From the IMG/VR virus record IMGVR_UViG_3300035698_035366, positions 232,120-296,119 of that record: DNA of 64,000 nt, one strand, 5' to 3'. Both the position numbers and the translations under genes were made by a program. Below are positions 35,953-47,756 of this stretch, one piece after another. Under the pieces are notes generated by a model, which worked only from the letters and a program-made list of their open reading frames with translations, ran no database searches and was not told where the DNA came from. Position 1 is the stretch's first letter. Every line of letters begins with the position of its first letter.

Positions 35953-36365
35953 ACACAAGTAAATAATGTTGTGTCAATACAAGTTTTAATGCGGAGAAAT
36001 GTTATGCAGAGAAATAAAAGTATTCAAACCCATAATCTCATGGAGGATATTATGGATGACCGTGATAACATTTCGACCACCGAAAAGTCTTCTCGAAATA
36101 TAGCTTGGGAAAACAATCGACCAACTAATACTAAGATTAGTAAATCAATGAAAGGACGGCGCTTAACGAGTCGAGAAATGTCAGTCCTTCGTCGTTTGGA
36201 ACAAATCTACCCTGGAGATATTCAAGCCGATGCCGATTCGCTGCGCGGATTTAATGTTTCATAATTGTTACAAGTAATAGGATCGAGAAGATGCATAGCA
36301 ACGTTGAAGTGTAGGTATTTCTAGTAGCAGCATAAATATATGCGGAGTAGTTTTGAGGATAACGA

Positions 36366-37424
36366 ATGAAAATAAGTATCATCGGTGGCGGCATTATTGG
36401 ATGGAGTACAGCCTATCATATTGGTTCACAAGCTGATGTCACTGTTTATGAGAAAGACCCAAGTTATTCTTTAAGCAGCTTTGCCCGTAGCTGCGGTGGT
36501 TTACGATTCCAATATTTTACCAAAACAAACATTGAAATGAGCCGATGGTCAATCGACTTTATCAAAACACAAACAGATGTTGATTTTACGCCAAATGGCT
36601 ATTTGATGCTATTTGGTAATGATCAAAAGGAAAATCACGATCATAGTTTAGCGGTACAAACTGCTCACGGTGCTACAACGATAAGTATGTCGCCCGATAT
36701 ACTTTTGCCCTACTATCCCTATATAAACATTGGTGATTTATATCGTGGAAGCGTAACTAGGGATGGATCTGAGGGATGGATAGATCCTGTAATACTGCAT
36801 TCATGGTTCAAAACAAACGCACAATCATTTGGTGTAAAATCAATAATTGCTGATGGCACATTGGTCAATCATGATGATGTAGACGCGGTAATTATTTGCT
36901 CTGGCTGTTGGTCTGATGAAGTTGGAAAACACTTCGGTTTGAACATACCAGTGAAAGGTCATAAACACACTGTATTCAATGTTGATACACAAGCGTCACA
37001 TATTCCAGACATGCCGTTGATAGCTGATCTAATAACAGGAATTTATCTTCGACCTGAGGGAAACGGTTATATCGTTGGTTATGATGGCAATGGCGAATGG
37101 GGATCAGATGATTTAGAGCCCAATTACGAAAGTTGGGAGAAGGTATGGGAATTATTATACCATCGTTTCCCAACAATCTTCGATGCAGCAAAAATGACTG
37201 GTGCATGGAGTGGATATTATGATACTTCGACGATTGACAATAACGCCATAATCGATCAAGACGGTAAGTTTTTCTTTGCAACTGGTTTTACGGGTCGAGG
37301 CTTAATGCATTCACCTGCGGTTGGTTTAACAATGAGCGAATTGGTTTTAGATAATGAATTAACATTCAATATCGATAGCTATCGTTTAAATAGATCTCCT
37401 AATATTGAAAAATATGTAATTTAA
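36366..37424 (+). CDS. FAD-dependent oxidoreductase (DAO / sarcosine-oxidase-beta-like)
   Basis: IIGGGIIG Rossmann motif; S.GGLR.QY; WSGYYD; ATGFTGRGLMHSPAVG. Confidence 0.9.
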   Translation: MKISIIGGGIIGWSTAYHIGSQADVTVYEKDPSYSLSSFARSCGGLRFQYFTKTNIEMSRWSIDFIKTQTDVDFTPNGYLMLFGNDQKENHDHSLAVQTAHGATTISMSPDILLPYYPYINIGDLYRGSVTRDGSEGWIDPVILHSWFKTNAQSFGVKSIIADGTLVNHDDVDAVIICSGCWSDEVGKHFGLNIPVKGHKHTVFNVDTQASHIPDMPLIADLITGIYLRPEGNGYIVGYDGNGEWGSDDLEPNYESWEKVWELLYHRFPTIFDAAKMTGAWSGYYDTSTIDNNAIIDQDGKFFFATGFTGRGLMHSPAVGLTMSELVLDNELTFNIDSYRLNRSPNIEKYVI

Positions 37425-37477
37425 TTATTGACATTATGTTTCTTGTATAATATTGTATATATGCAAAGGAGAGTATT

Positions 37478-38086
37478 ATGGGCGGATGCGTTAATGTGTT
37501 TCTAAGAGACAAGGATCGAAACTTCCATCAGATGACGCGTTGGACAAATATATTGCCATCTTTTCTAGATTGCATTGGTAACGTAGAAGACGAAGATGAA
37601 CATCTCCAGGAATATATGGAGACCTGGTTTGAAATGAAAGAAGATTGGGAGAAGAATCGTCAGACCGCAGATTTCGAACACCCGATGACGTCGATGTATT
37701 TTCCCAGTCCAACAAAAATATGTCAATCAGAATATGGCTTGGTATTTGTTGATTATATAACGAAGACAATTGTTTCCTATCAGGATTATACTTCTATTGG
37801 GATTGTTAGCATAGCGGCAATTATGGTTTCGTATGACAATGATGAACGTGATCGCATTCTTAAAATTGCTGATGCTGGTAGAATATCTTACCAACCATTT
37901 ACTCTTGATATATCGAGTAGACGAAAGGTCGAAGACACTGCTCATATGGAACAATTGATTAAAGACCGAGAAGGTGACTTGCCACAATTTATTGTTGATA
38001 ATAGTCCTTGGAATATAATTGATTGTGATAAATGCGTAAGATTTACAAAGATAAAGTCCGGTATAAATCAAATTTTAGCGAAATAA
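37478..38086 (+). CDS. Hypothetical protein
   Basis: Promoter and RBS aaggag; 202 aa. Confidence 0.65.
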   Translation: MGGCVNVFLRDKDRNFHQMTRWTNILPSFLDCIGNVEDEDEHLQEYMETWFEMKEDWEKNRQTADFEHPMTSMYFPSPTKICQSEYGLVFVDYITKTIVSYQDYTSIGIVSIAAIMVSYDNDERDRILKIADAGRISYQPFTLDISSRRKVEDTAHMEQLIKDREGDLPQFIVDNSPWNIIDCDKCVRFTKIKSGINQILAK

Positions 38087-38128
38087 GGTTGACAAATTAT
38101 TTAAATTGTATTATACTGTAAAAACTAA

Positions 38129-38203
38129 GCCCTTTTAGCTCAATGGATTTAGAGCGTATCCCTCCGAAGGATAAGGTCGCGGGTTCGATCCCCGCCAAGG
38201 GCT
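38129..38203 (+). tRNA. tRNA-Arg(CCG)
   Basis: tatcc-ctCCGaa-ggata. Confidence 0.88.
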
Positions 38204-38706
38204 CATGAAAAGCGAAAAGGAAATAAGTGTACCTGAAAAAACACTAGAGGATTTCTATGCTAAGTGCGGAAAAATCCTTGAAATAGAGCATACTTGGGTA
38301 ACACCACATGTTCGAAAAGGCGGGCGTTGGAATCGCAAACTTGGTAATGGTCGTTTCTCAGGATACGGAGTAATTCGTCCCTGGGGATCAGGTTATCAAG
38401 TTATGAGTCGATCCAATGGTACCAAATTGTTTAACACTCAACAAGAGGTTTATGAGTTCCTCGAAAGATAAAACTCTTTTTAGATCGAATTTAATATCCC
38501 ATATTTTGACCAGTTTTGAAACGGACAATTTGTTCCTGTTCCAACTGCTTGAAATCAAGGTGATCATCTTCCGGAATAAGTACCGTTGCCAGTGTCGACC
38601 ATGTTCCAGCGTCGACGACGCATTCAATGCCAAACAAGCGCATTGCAACAACCAGGCCAATCGTTCCAACTTGTTCTTCAATCATTTTATTCTCCAGTTC
38701 CAAAAT

Positions 38707-39090
38707 TTAGTTGCAAAATTCTTCAAAACGGTGGGCTTCGCTGTAGCTGAGACCTAGTGTGTAACAGATGTAATCACCGCCATACATGCGGTCATCTTCG
38801 TTAAGGTCCATGCTGTCCAAGATCCAGCGAATTGCTGTCTTCTCGTCGCCAGCGCCCAGGTCGATAGTTTCTTTAACCTGGGCTGTGAAATCCGCCAGGG
38901 CGGCGGCTTCATTCCGTTTGTCTTCTTCCATTGCCGCGTCCATTGCCCTGAGGAGCTAATCCCAAATATTCTGCTTTTCATCGTCGGATACTTCGTTCCA
39001 ATTTTCAAACCAGGCGCAGGTCGGACGGAAGCCATAAGCGTCTTTGTGGAGGTCCGAAACAATCTGGGAATCAAAAGTGAAAGTAGACAT
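38707..39090 (-). pseudogene. Phage early gene with an in-frame TAG (38956-38958)
   Basis: MSTFTFDSQIVSDLHKDAYGFRP...KQNIWD*LLRAMDAAMEE...; promoter module and ggag RBS upstream of 39090. Confidence 0.65.
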
Positions 39091-39192
39091 TTAAGTAACT
39101 CCGATCTATGTTTGCGTTTTGCTTATGTCCTTATTATAACATTAAATTGGAGACTGTCAACCTTTACACCGTATAATAAATTCTGCATATTT

Positions 39193-39486
39193 TTATAATC
39201 TTTGGTCATTCCCATAACGGATGATGCCAAATTTTACTTCAGCGATTGCATCTTCGGATGATAGCCTAAACCATTCACCCTTCTCACGATGATGACTGAT
39301 TTCTCTATGTATCGCTTTCTCAACTAATCTCACACGTTCATCTGCAACTTCTTCGATGTGATAGATTTTAAGATTTTCGATATTTCCTGTTTGTAATGAA
39401 CTCAAACGCTTCTTAGGATCCTGGCTAAATCCTATTTTCATAAAACCATTTTCGTTCTCTGGGCCTATGACATAAATGTAATTCAT
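39193..39486 (-). CDS. T5orf172/MUG113-like GIY-YIG domain protein
   Basis: YIYVIG...KIGFS.DP.KRL..LQTGN...E..IH......GEWF. Confidence 0.88.
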   Translation of the reverse strand: MNYIYVIGPENENGFMKIGFSQDPKKRLSSLQTGNIENLKIYHIEEVADERVRLVEKAIHREISHHREKGEWFRLSSEDAIAEVKFGIIRYGNDQRL

Positions 39487-39558
39487 ACATATATTTAATG
39501 TAAAAAGTTGACAGCTTTCCTAATTGTGTTATAATAATGGTATACAACGGAAAACAAG

Positions 39559-40044
39559 ATGAACAAGATGAACAAGACAATTGCAGAGCTTTTAATTTAT
39601 ATCGGAACCGATGAGGGAATCGTGCTTGATAAGAACGAATTCAATATCATCATTAACCAGCTTACTGATATCCAGAAGCAGGCGATTAAGGACCAGTGCG
39701 GAGGATCTGCACCGGTAGTCGTTGATATCACATTAACGAATCCGAAAGTGAGCACGTTCATCAGTTGGAGTATTTACGAAGACACATCTGCGGAAGATCC
39801 GGATGATTGGGTTGAAGACTATAGCATCGCCGCTCCGGATGGCGTCTACACTGTTCGTTTCGATTATCTCGATAAACAATTTGGAGAGCGACATGGTGTC
39901 CAGGTTAAGGACGGTATGGTTGTAAATCCCGAAGAAACGCTCGAACTGGTCGGCCAGGCTCGAAATGAAGCTGGTTACTGGGGAACATTTTTAGAGAGAC
40001 TAGAATTCGACGGTAAGAAGATCACCGCCCGCATCGGTAGTTAA
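39559..40044 (+). CDS. Hypothetical early protein
   Basis: Sigma70 promoter upstream; 161 aa. Confidence 0.6.
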   Translation: MNKMNKTIAELLIYIGTDEGIVLDKNEFNIIINQLTDIQKQAIKDQCGGSAPVVVDITLTNPKVSTFISWSIYEDTSAEDPDDWVEDYSIAAPDGVYTVRFDYLDKQFGERHGVQVKDGMVVNPEETLELVGQARNEAGYWGTFLERLEFDGKKITARIGS

Positions 40045-41709
40045 GGTTGACAAGTTACCGATTTGTGCTATAATATTGGTACGAAAGGAAGTTAAGCAAT
40101 GACTTTTGAACAGGATATGCAGATCTTTTTTGGAAAACCAAGTACCGCAGTAGATTGGGAAATTGGTGGAACGAAAATACAAACAAACCGCCGCTGGGTT
40201 AAGGCAATCGGAACATTTACCAATCGAGCCAGTGCGGAAAGAACCATTGGTATGCTGGATAAAAGTCAAAAGTATCGTATCGCCAGAGAAGGCGATGGTT
40301 TTATCATTCAAACATTCAAGGTGGAATAAAACAATGACCAACACAAAAATGATTTACCGTAGTCGTACATTCGGAGATGATGTCCTTACACTCGATACAG
40401 CCAAGGGCTATTTCCCGGATCCAGATCGAACGGTGTTCCGCGTAATGTATGCTGAATTCATCGGATTTGGCGACCTGGACAACAAGGAATTCAACTCAGT
40501 AAACATGGAACTATTCACAGATCGCGATACTGCAATCCGCGCCTATGAAATTCGACTGAAATCGGATAATCCGGTAGCAGAATCGGGCGTAACAAATGAT
40601 CGCCTGGAAAAAGAGTCTTTAGCCGATATCCTCGCAAAAGCACTGGGGTAAACCAATGAAAATTAGCATCAAATTATCTATCGCCGGTCTTATTGTGTGG
40701 ATTGGACTTGGGTTTCTAATGCATATCCTTTTCCTTGGGACTGCAATTGATTGGTCAAGTGCCCTGTCTTGGTTCGTGATCTTGCTTTGGCCGGCGTATA
40801 TTGTTTTCAAACTGTTCATAATTTTCCTATATGCGGCAGCAATTGTGGCAATCATCGCCGTTACATATCTTGTGGGCGAATGGCTCTATACCAATTACCT
40901 AAAATCATGGATTGAAAAGGAATAACAATATGCCATCTGCTGAACAGAAGTCTGCTCACGAAATTATTCGAAATGCTATAAACGAAATTAGGCAAGAATT
41001 TATGCCTGTTTTTGAAGAAGATAGCGAAATGGTCGATATGGTTATTTCATCGGCATTGATGGCAACCGCAGAGAAGATGCTCGTTGATATGCATGGAACT
41101 TTGCATACAAGCGAAATGCTTTATGCGGCTGCGGATGATATGCAGACTCGACATGCTGTTGAGATTCTCGAACGGGACGAACGGGACGAAGACTAACAAT
41201 TATCGTTCCTAACATTGACAGACCTGAAAAACCATGTTACAATAAGTAACTAAATTGAAAGGAGAGATCGATGCGTAAATTTTATATCCAAGGTGTTGAT
41301 GTTTACACTGAAGTCGATGAATATGGTGTTGAACAATTCCGTCAGACTATTGTATGCGACGTAAAGACACTGGTAATTTTTTCCTGTGCTAATGTCGTTG
41401 GATTTGTTAAATCACCATCCTTTGCCCGGATAGTCTTCCAGACATTTTTTGGCACTGCCATGTTTATGGCAGGATTTTTTTACGCAACACTGTGAAAGAA
41501 AGGAACAGACCAATGAAGTATCGTGCAGTTCTAAAGTTTTACGATGAATCAGGCCTGACCAAGACAGTCCCGGTTCCGGACGCGAAGTGGCGTTCAGCGC
41601 GTGAACAGGCCGTTGATGATCTCGTTCAGTTTGTTCTTTCCGGTGAAACAGTTGATGTTCCGGAAAAGTGGTCTCCGGCAGGGAACGACGTTCAGAAACG
41701 TTCTAATTA

Positions 41710-42177
41710 ATGTCATCGGACATACGGTATACGCCATTCAAACACCGGATCAACCTACATCCGAAATTCGTAGATGAACCAACTCCGCATTGGAGACAGT
41801 GTACTCATGAATTTATTGTTGCGAAGGTTAGCGCATTATGGAAGATGTATGTTCGTTTAGAAATTGAAAAAGACAAGGATTCGTATTACACGGATCAAGA
41901 ATTGGCTGCAAATTTCAAAGTACGAGCAAACATCAATACGAAGATGAATATTGCATCTGTTAAACTTTCAAACCAACAAGCATTGAGTTTTACTTTATGG
42001 GTTGAACAAGATGATTCAGGCAGTAGAACTATAATGTTCCCTGGAAATATTAAATGGGCGGGCGGATCAATTCCCAATCTATCTCTTTCTCCCAATGCTA
42101 TGGATATGTTCGTTTTTACTACTTGGAATTCAGGCGCTGTTTGGTATGGCGCTATTGGTGGAATGGATTTTGATTAA
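41710..42177 (+). CDS. Protein with a C-terminal tail-fibre-type beta domain
   Basis: SFTLWVEQD.SGSRTI.FP.NIKWAGG..P.LS...NA.D.F.F.T...G..WYG. Confidence 0.65.
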   Translation: MSSDIRYTPFKHRINLHPKFVDEPTPHWRQCTHEFIVAKVSALWKMYVRLEIEKDKDSYYTDQELAANFKVRANINTKMNIASVKLSNQQALSFTLWVEQDDSGSRTIMFPGNIKWAGGSIPNLSLSPNAMDMFVFTTWNSGAVWYGAIGGMDFD

Positions 42178-43703
42178 TGCTCAATAGACAATTAGCAATA
42201 AGTGCATCCAATATGATAATTGCAACCAGTGATTCTATTAATGTTTTTGAATTTGCCGTAGCAAATATTCCAATTTCAAAATTATTATCCAATGACATCG
42301 ATCTAACTAAATCACCACCTTTAACTATTACAGAAGTCTGTAATGTTGTGGGTGGTAGAGCAGCAATTAGCGGGGGTAGTATTCTTTTTAATTGCCTTGT
42401 TAGAGCAGGAGAAACAGCGTCCTTCAAATATCGAGTGAAAAACAAAATAGGTAAAGCTGCTCTTGGAACAGTAAATTTAACAGTTTTACCAACACCAAGT
42501 ATTGTCGCCCGCGATACATCAGTTGAAATAAAACAAGATTCAAGCTTCATTATTTCTAATGAAGAGTTATTAAAGAATGTTAAAACTAAAAATCTTCCGG
42601 TAACAATATCATCGATTGATTCACCAGTTGGCGGAACATTAAATGTAATTGGTAATGGAGTTGAGTTCACACCTAATGTTCAGTGTGGAAAATCAGCATC
42701 GTTTAGATATACAGTACAGGACTCGATGTCAAACAATGCTGCTGGTAATATGTGGGTTAACCTTAGCCACCTTCCTGATACCGAAGCCTTCATTTTCAAC
42801 AATACATCTAGATTCAATAATTTCATAAAGTCATATGCCCCTCCTTCTAGACCCAATACACTGGCCAAATGGAATAGAATTGAAAACAATGAATTATTCC
42901 AATTTGCTAACGGCACCAGTGAAAATGCATCTGGGTGGAAAGGTAATCATAATCTTGACCGAATCGAAACAACAAAGGGGTCATCATCCTTCATTGGTCT
43001 TATAGACCCATCCAATTCATCTGACAATTTTACATTTGAAGCAGATCTTGGATCCACTTGCGTTCATCGCAATCTTGTTGGTGTTATTGTTGCATTTAGA
43101 AGAATGAATAATATTAATCATTACATTGCAGCTATTCGAACAACTAACGGATTTGAAAATATTGGCTACCCGTCGGTTCATAATTGGTCTCTAGTTTATA
43201 ATCTCAAAGGTCTCCAATCTTCATTCTTTCCTGGCTCAGTTGTTCTTGAAAATAAACCTTTAACACAACTCGACCCGCCAGTAAATGATTGGCATACTTG
43301 TGGAACCACAAGAGTTAAAGTAATTCGCCGAGGAAATATTATCGAATGTTTTTCATCACCATTTGGAAGCAACGTAATTGATGCAGATTCAAAAATTGTT
43401 ATTGATTTAGAAAAAGATGCCCGCCTTGATTGGGCTAAAGATACACAATTACCACATGGTTATTGCTCAATGGGTCAAACAAATGCTATCTTTTCAAATC
43501 CCAATACGTCATCTGGTATTGATACCAGTAAAGCGTTTGATGCTGTTAATAATTTGGTATATGAATTCAAAGATAATAAATGGCAAATTGTTGCAAATAA
43601 AACAATAGCTGAAATAATTGGATATCCAAGAACAGTAACTAATCCAGATACTGGTCTAACATTTAACATTGATTATTCTGGTAATATTAAACTTTCTCTA
43701 TAA
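42177..43703 (+). CDS. Cadherin/Ig-like repeat + lectin-like domain protein (adhesin / tail accessory)
   Basis: Two LL.ND.D/..ITI..V....GG...F....G..ASF.Y.V.D repeats, then a beta-sandwich. Confidence 0.7.
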   Translation: MLNRQLAISASNMIIATSDSINVFEFAVANIPISKLLSNDIDLTKSPPLTITEVCNVVGGRAAISGGSILFNCLVRAGETASFKYRVKNKIGKAALGTVNLTVLPTPSIVARDTSVEIKQDSSFIISNEELLKNVKTKNLPVTISSIDSPVGGTLNVIGNGVEFTPNVQCGKSASFRYTVQDSMSNNAAGNMWVNLSHLPDTEAFIFNNTSRFNNFIKSYAPPSRPNTLAKWNRIENNELFQFANGTSENASGWKGNHNLDRIETTKGSSSFIGLIDPSNSSDNFTFEADLGSTCVHRNLVGVIVAFRRMNNINHYIAAIRTTNGFENIGYPSVHNWSLVYNLKGLQSSFFPGSVVLENKPLTQLDPPVNDWHTCGTTRVKVIRRGNIIECFSSPFGSNVIDADSKIVIDLEKDARLDWAKDTQLPHGYCSMGQTNAIFSNPNTSSGIDTSKAFDAVNNLVYEFKDNKWQIVANKTIAEIIGYPRTVTNPDTGLTFNIDYSGNIKLSL

Positions 43704-44152
43704 TAAAATTGACTTAGCATTTCCGATAATATAAATTAAATAAAAACAACGGAGAACAAAATGAACTACCCCGAAATTACCGTCGAATGCCCCTCATCTA
43801 TAAACGAATTTTTGGGACTTTCTTTTGAGCATCAAGCAATAATCAAAGAACAAAATCAAAAAATCGCGCAGGAAAACACACAATTAATTGAAGACCAAAT
43901 TTTCATCGCAATTGACGATGAAGCAAAGAAAGTTTTAACTGAACTAAAAATTAAAGAACTACGTTATATTGTTGACCAACGTGTAATATTTCCCTGGAAC
44001 GAGCGTGATATAGCTGCTCGAGAATTGTATATTATGGGGTATGATGTTCATAATCATTACATTTTAGAAAAATATAACGAACGATAAGGTTGACGCCTTT
44101 CCATTTTGTGTTATAATAATGACATAACGCAAGCAGCAACACGGAGATCGAA

Positions 44153-44503
44153 ATGCTTATTAATGTTTATCACAAGGATATGAGCAACGAAAAGACCGCA
44201 GTTTTTGAACAGGTTGCAACTGTTAAAACTGACATCGTTGGTGTTATGAACGCTTTGGAATATGCATACCGTTGGACAAACAACGTTGAAGGCTCTTGGA
44301 GTAGTAAAGAAGCAATCCTCGAGTATGATGGTGAAACTTATCCCAATGGCGACTTGAACGACAATGTTGAAGTTACTGCACCGCTCCCCACGCATTTGGG
44401 TAGGACAATGGGACATCGAAGTACATCAAGGTTCGACGAGATGGAAATTGTTGAGACAGGCGAACGCTTCCGTGTTGCAATGTGTGGCTTTGAAAAGGTT
44501 TAA
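44153..44503 (+). CDS. Hypothetical early protein
   Basis: LEYAYRWTNNVEGSWS...RSTS..D motif; promoter module. Confidence 0.65.
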   Translation: MLINVYHKDMSNEKTAVFEQVATVKTDIVGVMNALEYAYRWTNNVEGSWSSKEAILEYDGETYPNGDLNDNVEVTAPLPTHLGRTMGHRSTSRFDEMEIVETGERFRVAMCGFEKV

Positions 44504-45301
44504 TTGAGATCGATAAAGAATAAGCTTCATGATGCGCCAGGCCCAACAAACCCGGACGACATTATCTCCAAGGATCCTACCACTGTTTACACCGTGGTGT
44601 AATTAAGCGGGATCCACCTTACACTAAGGTTCGGAGTATCAAGGGTACAGCGGTCAATGAGGCTTTAATTTTTTAATTGGAGAAGACAATGGGCGACGCA
44701 TTTAAATGGGAATTAACATATATCGATAAAGATCATATCGGTGTATCATGCAATGGGCGCATCTTTGTTTTGCGTGAGCGCGGAGAAGATGGTCAAATTT
44801 GGTGGGATATTTTTTATATCGACGAATACAGAATAGTTGATAGTGATGTTGATGCCCCTTATTGGCAAGACAGTATTGGTAGCTTTGAAGCCGCGCTTGA
44901 ATGTATCCCGGATATGATTGGAAATTGGACCGACGAAGAACTAGAAGAATTGGGTGAAAGCGATGACTAAATTCAAAGACGTTACGATCTCGGCCGAAGA
45001 TTTTGAGAAGTTGACAAATCTTTTGACTCTTGCTAATGTTGGTAAGGAGTCATGCCAGGATCAAAAGGACGTTATTTGGCCCATCTCAAATGAAACTATG
45101 GATGATGCGGTTGAGTTTGGATACGACATTGTTTCTGCAATGGTTGGAAGTTAAATATTTTTGGAACTGGCCCGGCGAAAACGAATAGCCCACTATGGAA
45201 ATGGGGTGAAAGAATTTCCGGGTCTTTTTCATTTTTTTGTTGACACTTAAAAAACAATCTGTTATTATGTATAAATAATAACGTTAAACCCAGTAAGAAA
45301 T

Positions 45302-45374
45302 GGGGCCTTAGCTCATCTGGGAGAGCGACGCCTTTGCAAGGCGTAGGTGGTCGGTTCGAGTCCGACAGGCTCCA
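45302..45374 (+). tRNA. tRNA-Ala(TGC)
   Basis: G3:U70; acgcc-ttTGCaa-ggcgt. Confidence 0.93.
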
Positions 45375-45529
45375 CAAATGTGAAAAGGGGTATTTCCCTT
45401 GTGATGCGGTTGACTGTGTTTACACAGGTATCCTGGAAGGTGAATCTTCTAGAACGCATGAGGGGGTTCGACCGAGACTCTTAATGATCGCGATAACCAG
45501 GCCTTTTGGCATTAAGAGAAACAGTATAT

Positions 45530-45602
45530 GCGGCTATAGCTCAATGGTAGAGCGGTTCGTTGCCAACGAACATACCAGGGTTCGATTCCCTGTAGCCGCT
45601 CC
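45530..45602 (+). tRNA. tRNA-Gly(GCC)
   Basis: gttcg-ttGCCaa-cgaac; U73. Confidence 0.92.
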
Positions 45603-46125
45603 GAAGAAAGAAGATGATATGAAATGGCTTGAAAAAAATAAAGTCGATGTTACTGAAATGTCTGTTGAAGTGCTCGCTAGAGTCGGCATTCCAATTATCG
45701 CTATTGTTGTTCTTGTTCTTTGTTTCCTTCCTGGATTTGCTAAGAGTCTACATGCGGATGATAGTTCTCAAAAATTAAGTAATCATATCGAACGACAATT
45801 GCAATGTTTCTGTAGTGTTTGTTATAAAGGAATTGATTAATGTACACTATTGATAGAAAGAAAGTAGTTTTCGAAACAATTTTAGATATTGACATTTAAC
45901 CAATTTTAATATATTATAAATAATAATACGGTTTGCCCATGAACCGCCTAATTCGTTAGGTTCCCAACTCAGGGAAGAAGCATATGACAAGGATGGTAAC
46001 CCAGTTAGTAGCAATATGCGAAAAGAACAGAGGCCAAGGGTGAGCCATCCGGTGAGATGGACAGGGAGCCAGGCCCCTTAAGATCTGGCGAATATACCGG
46101 GGTGGGTCTATTGGCCCACCCCATT

Positions 46126-46815
46126 TTAATATTTCCAATTATTAATTCTGTCAAGCAATACACTATACGACATATTACTATTATCATTTTTTCTTTTATT
46201 ATCTAAATGAATCATTAATTTGCAATTGGCAGGATGTGCAAGATTTTTTGGATTGTAATCGTTTTTAAATCCTTCCGAAATTGATATTATATGATCACGT
46301 GAAACCCCATTGATATTTTTAGGAAGGTTACTTCTCTTTTGTCCTGGACAAGTATACCATCCATGTTTTTCAATTAATGATAAATTGAAATAATCAGGGA
46401 AATCGAAAACATTAAATTTAAAACGTGATAACTCGTAATATTTTTCTTTTTCTGTTTTAATATAAGGAGACTGTTGTCTCCTGCCACCGCCTGGTCCAAT
46501 GGAACAATATATCTTTCCAGTAATATCGCATTTAATAAAATCGACTTTTCTAAACGGAAAAATTGTTTTTTCTGGGCCACTTTTTAATCGGGGTATTAAA
46601 TTTGTAACTGTAGCCGAGCACGAATGAGAACAATATTTATTTCTTCTTTTTTCATATACCAGTGGTATATTACAATTATTACAAAATTTTGGTTTAGTAT
46701 TATATTTTTCTACACGTGATAATTTTAATTGATTGTTTCGATGTGTTATTTGACAAGACAGGGAACAAAATTTTGGATTTTTTGTCAATTCGTTACAATT
46801 AAGGCACTTTTTCAT
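46126..46815 (-). mobile_element. HNH-type homing endonuclease with N-terminal Cys motifs
   Basis: CLNC..KFCSLSC and CNNC..KYCSHSC; SRDHIISI...HPANC..M.H..N..K; antisense insertion within the tRNA region. Confidence 0.8.
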
Positions 46816-46848
46816 TTGCTTTTCCATGGTCGTTGTGTTATTATAAAC

Positions 46849-46928
46849 TATAAATAATGGAGCGGGACAGCCCCTCTCCATGGTGGGTTTTTGTTGTTAG
46901 AGCAACAAATTACCGCCAATATTATTTA
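46849..46928. promoter_or_regulatory. Structured leader of the HNH gene (motif shared with the GIY-YIG gene)
   Basis: tataaata..gcgggacagccc-ctctccatggt-gggt..ttgttg/caacaa-attaccgc..tattta. Confidence 0.7.
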
Positions 46929-46944
46929 GTATAAATATTAATAT

Positions 46945-47018
46945 GCGAGTGTCGTCCAGTGATAGGGCCTTAGATTTCCAATCTAAAGACGAGGGTTTGA
47001 TTCCCTCCACCCGCTCCA
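46945..47018 (+). tRNA. tRNA-Gly(TCC)
   Basis: ttaga-ttTCCaa-tctaa; U73-CCA. Confidence 0.88.
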
Positions 47019-47235
47019 ACTTTTAGTATAGGATAAAATGTCCAAACTTAAAATATATCCCACCATACAAGAACAATTAGATTTATTGCTAGAAAATTAT
47101 CAAACAGCCAAAACTAAAAAAAATGCTGACCGTTGTTTTAGAGAATATCAAGAATTTTCTACATTTGTCGATGATTGTTATTTGGGAAGTGGCATAAAAC
47201 CTCCACATTCTCCAAAATAAAAGGTTAATCAAAAA

Positions 47236-47700
47236 ATGATTATATCAAAACCACCTAAATACCTAAAAAATACAAAGGGTAAGAGTATTTTTCTTGCTGG
47301 ATCCATCGAGATGGGCAAAGCAATTGATTGGCAATCTAAAATCCAAAAAGCCTTAAAAGATTATAATGTTACCATCTTCAATCCGCGGCGTGATGATTGG
47401 GATAGTTCATGGGAACAGTCAATTGATAATAAAGAATTTAAGACCCAAGTAACATGGGAATTGGATCATATTGACAAGGCCGACATTGTCGTTGTATATT
47501 TTGACAAAGATACACAATCACCAATTACTTTATTAGAATTGGGCCTCGGTGCTGCCAAGTATCCAGAAAAATTTATTGTTTGTTGCCCAGATGGGTTCTG
47601 GAGAAAAGGCAATGTTGATATTGTCTGTGAACGTTATGCCGTGCGACAAGTTGATTCGACCGAAGAATTGATACAGGTATTGGAAATCTTAATTCAATAA
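47236..47700 (+). CDS. Nucleoside 2-deoxyribosyltransferase-like protein
   Basis: IFLAGSI..G.A.DWQ, FNPRRDDWD, QV.WEL, SPITLLELG. Confidence 0.9.
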   Translation: MIISKPPKYLKNTKGKSIFLAGSIEMGKAIDWQSKIQKALKDYNVTIFNPRRDDWDSSWEQSIDNKEFKTQVTWELDHIDKADIVVVYFDKDTQSPITLLELGLGAAKYPEKFIVCCPDGFWRKGNVDIVCERYAVRQVDSTEELIQVLEILIQ

Positions 47701-47756
47701 CTTGATTACACGGATAAATAAAATGGTACTATTACTATTTTAACCGAGGATCAAAT

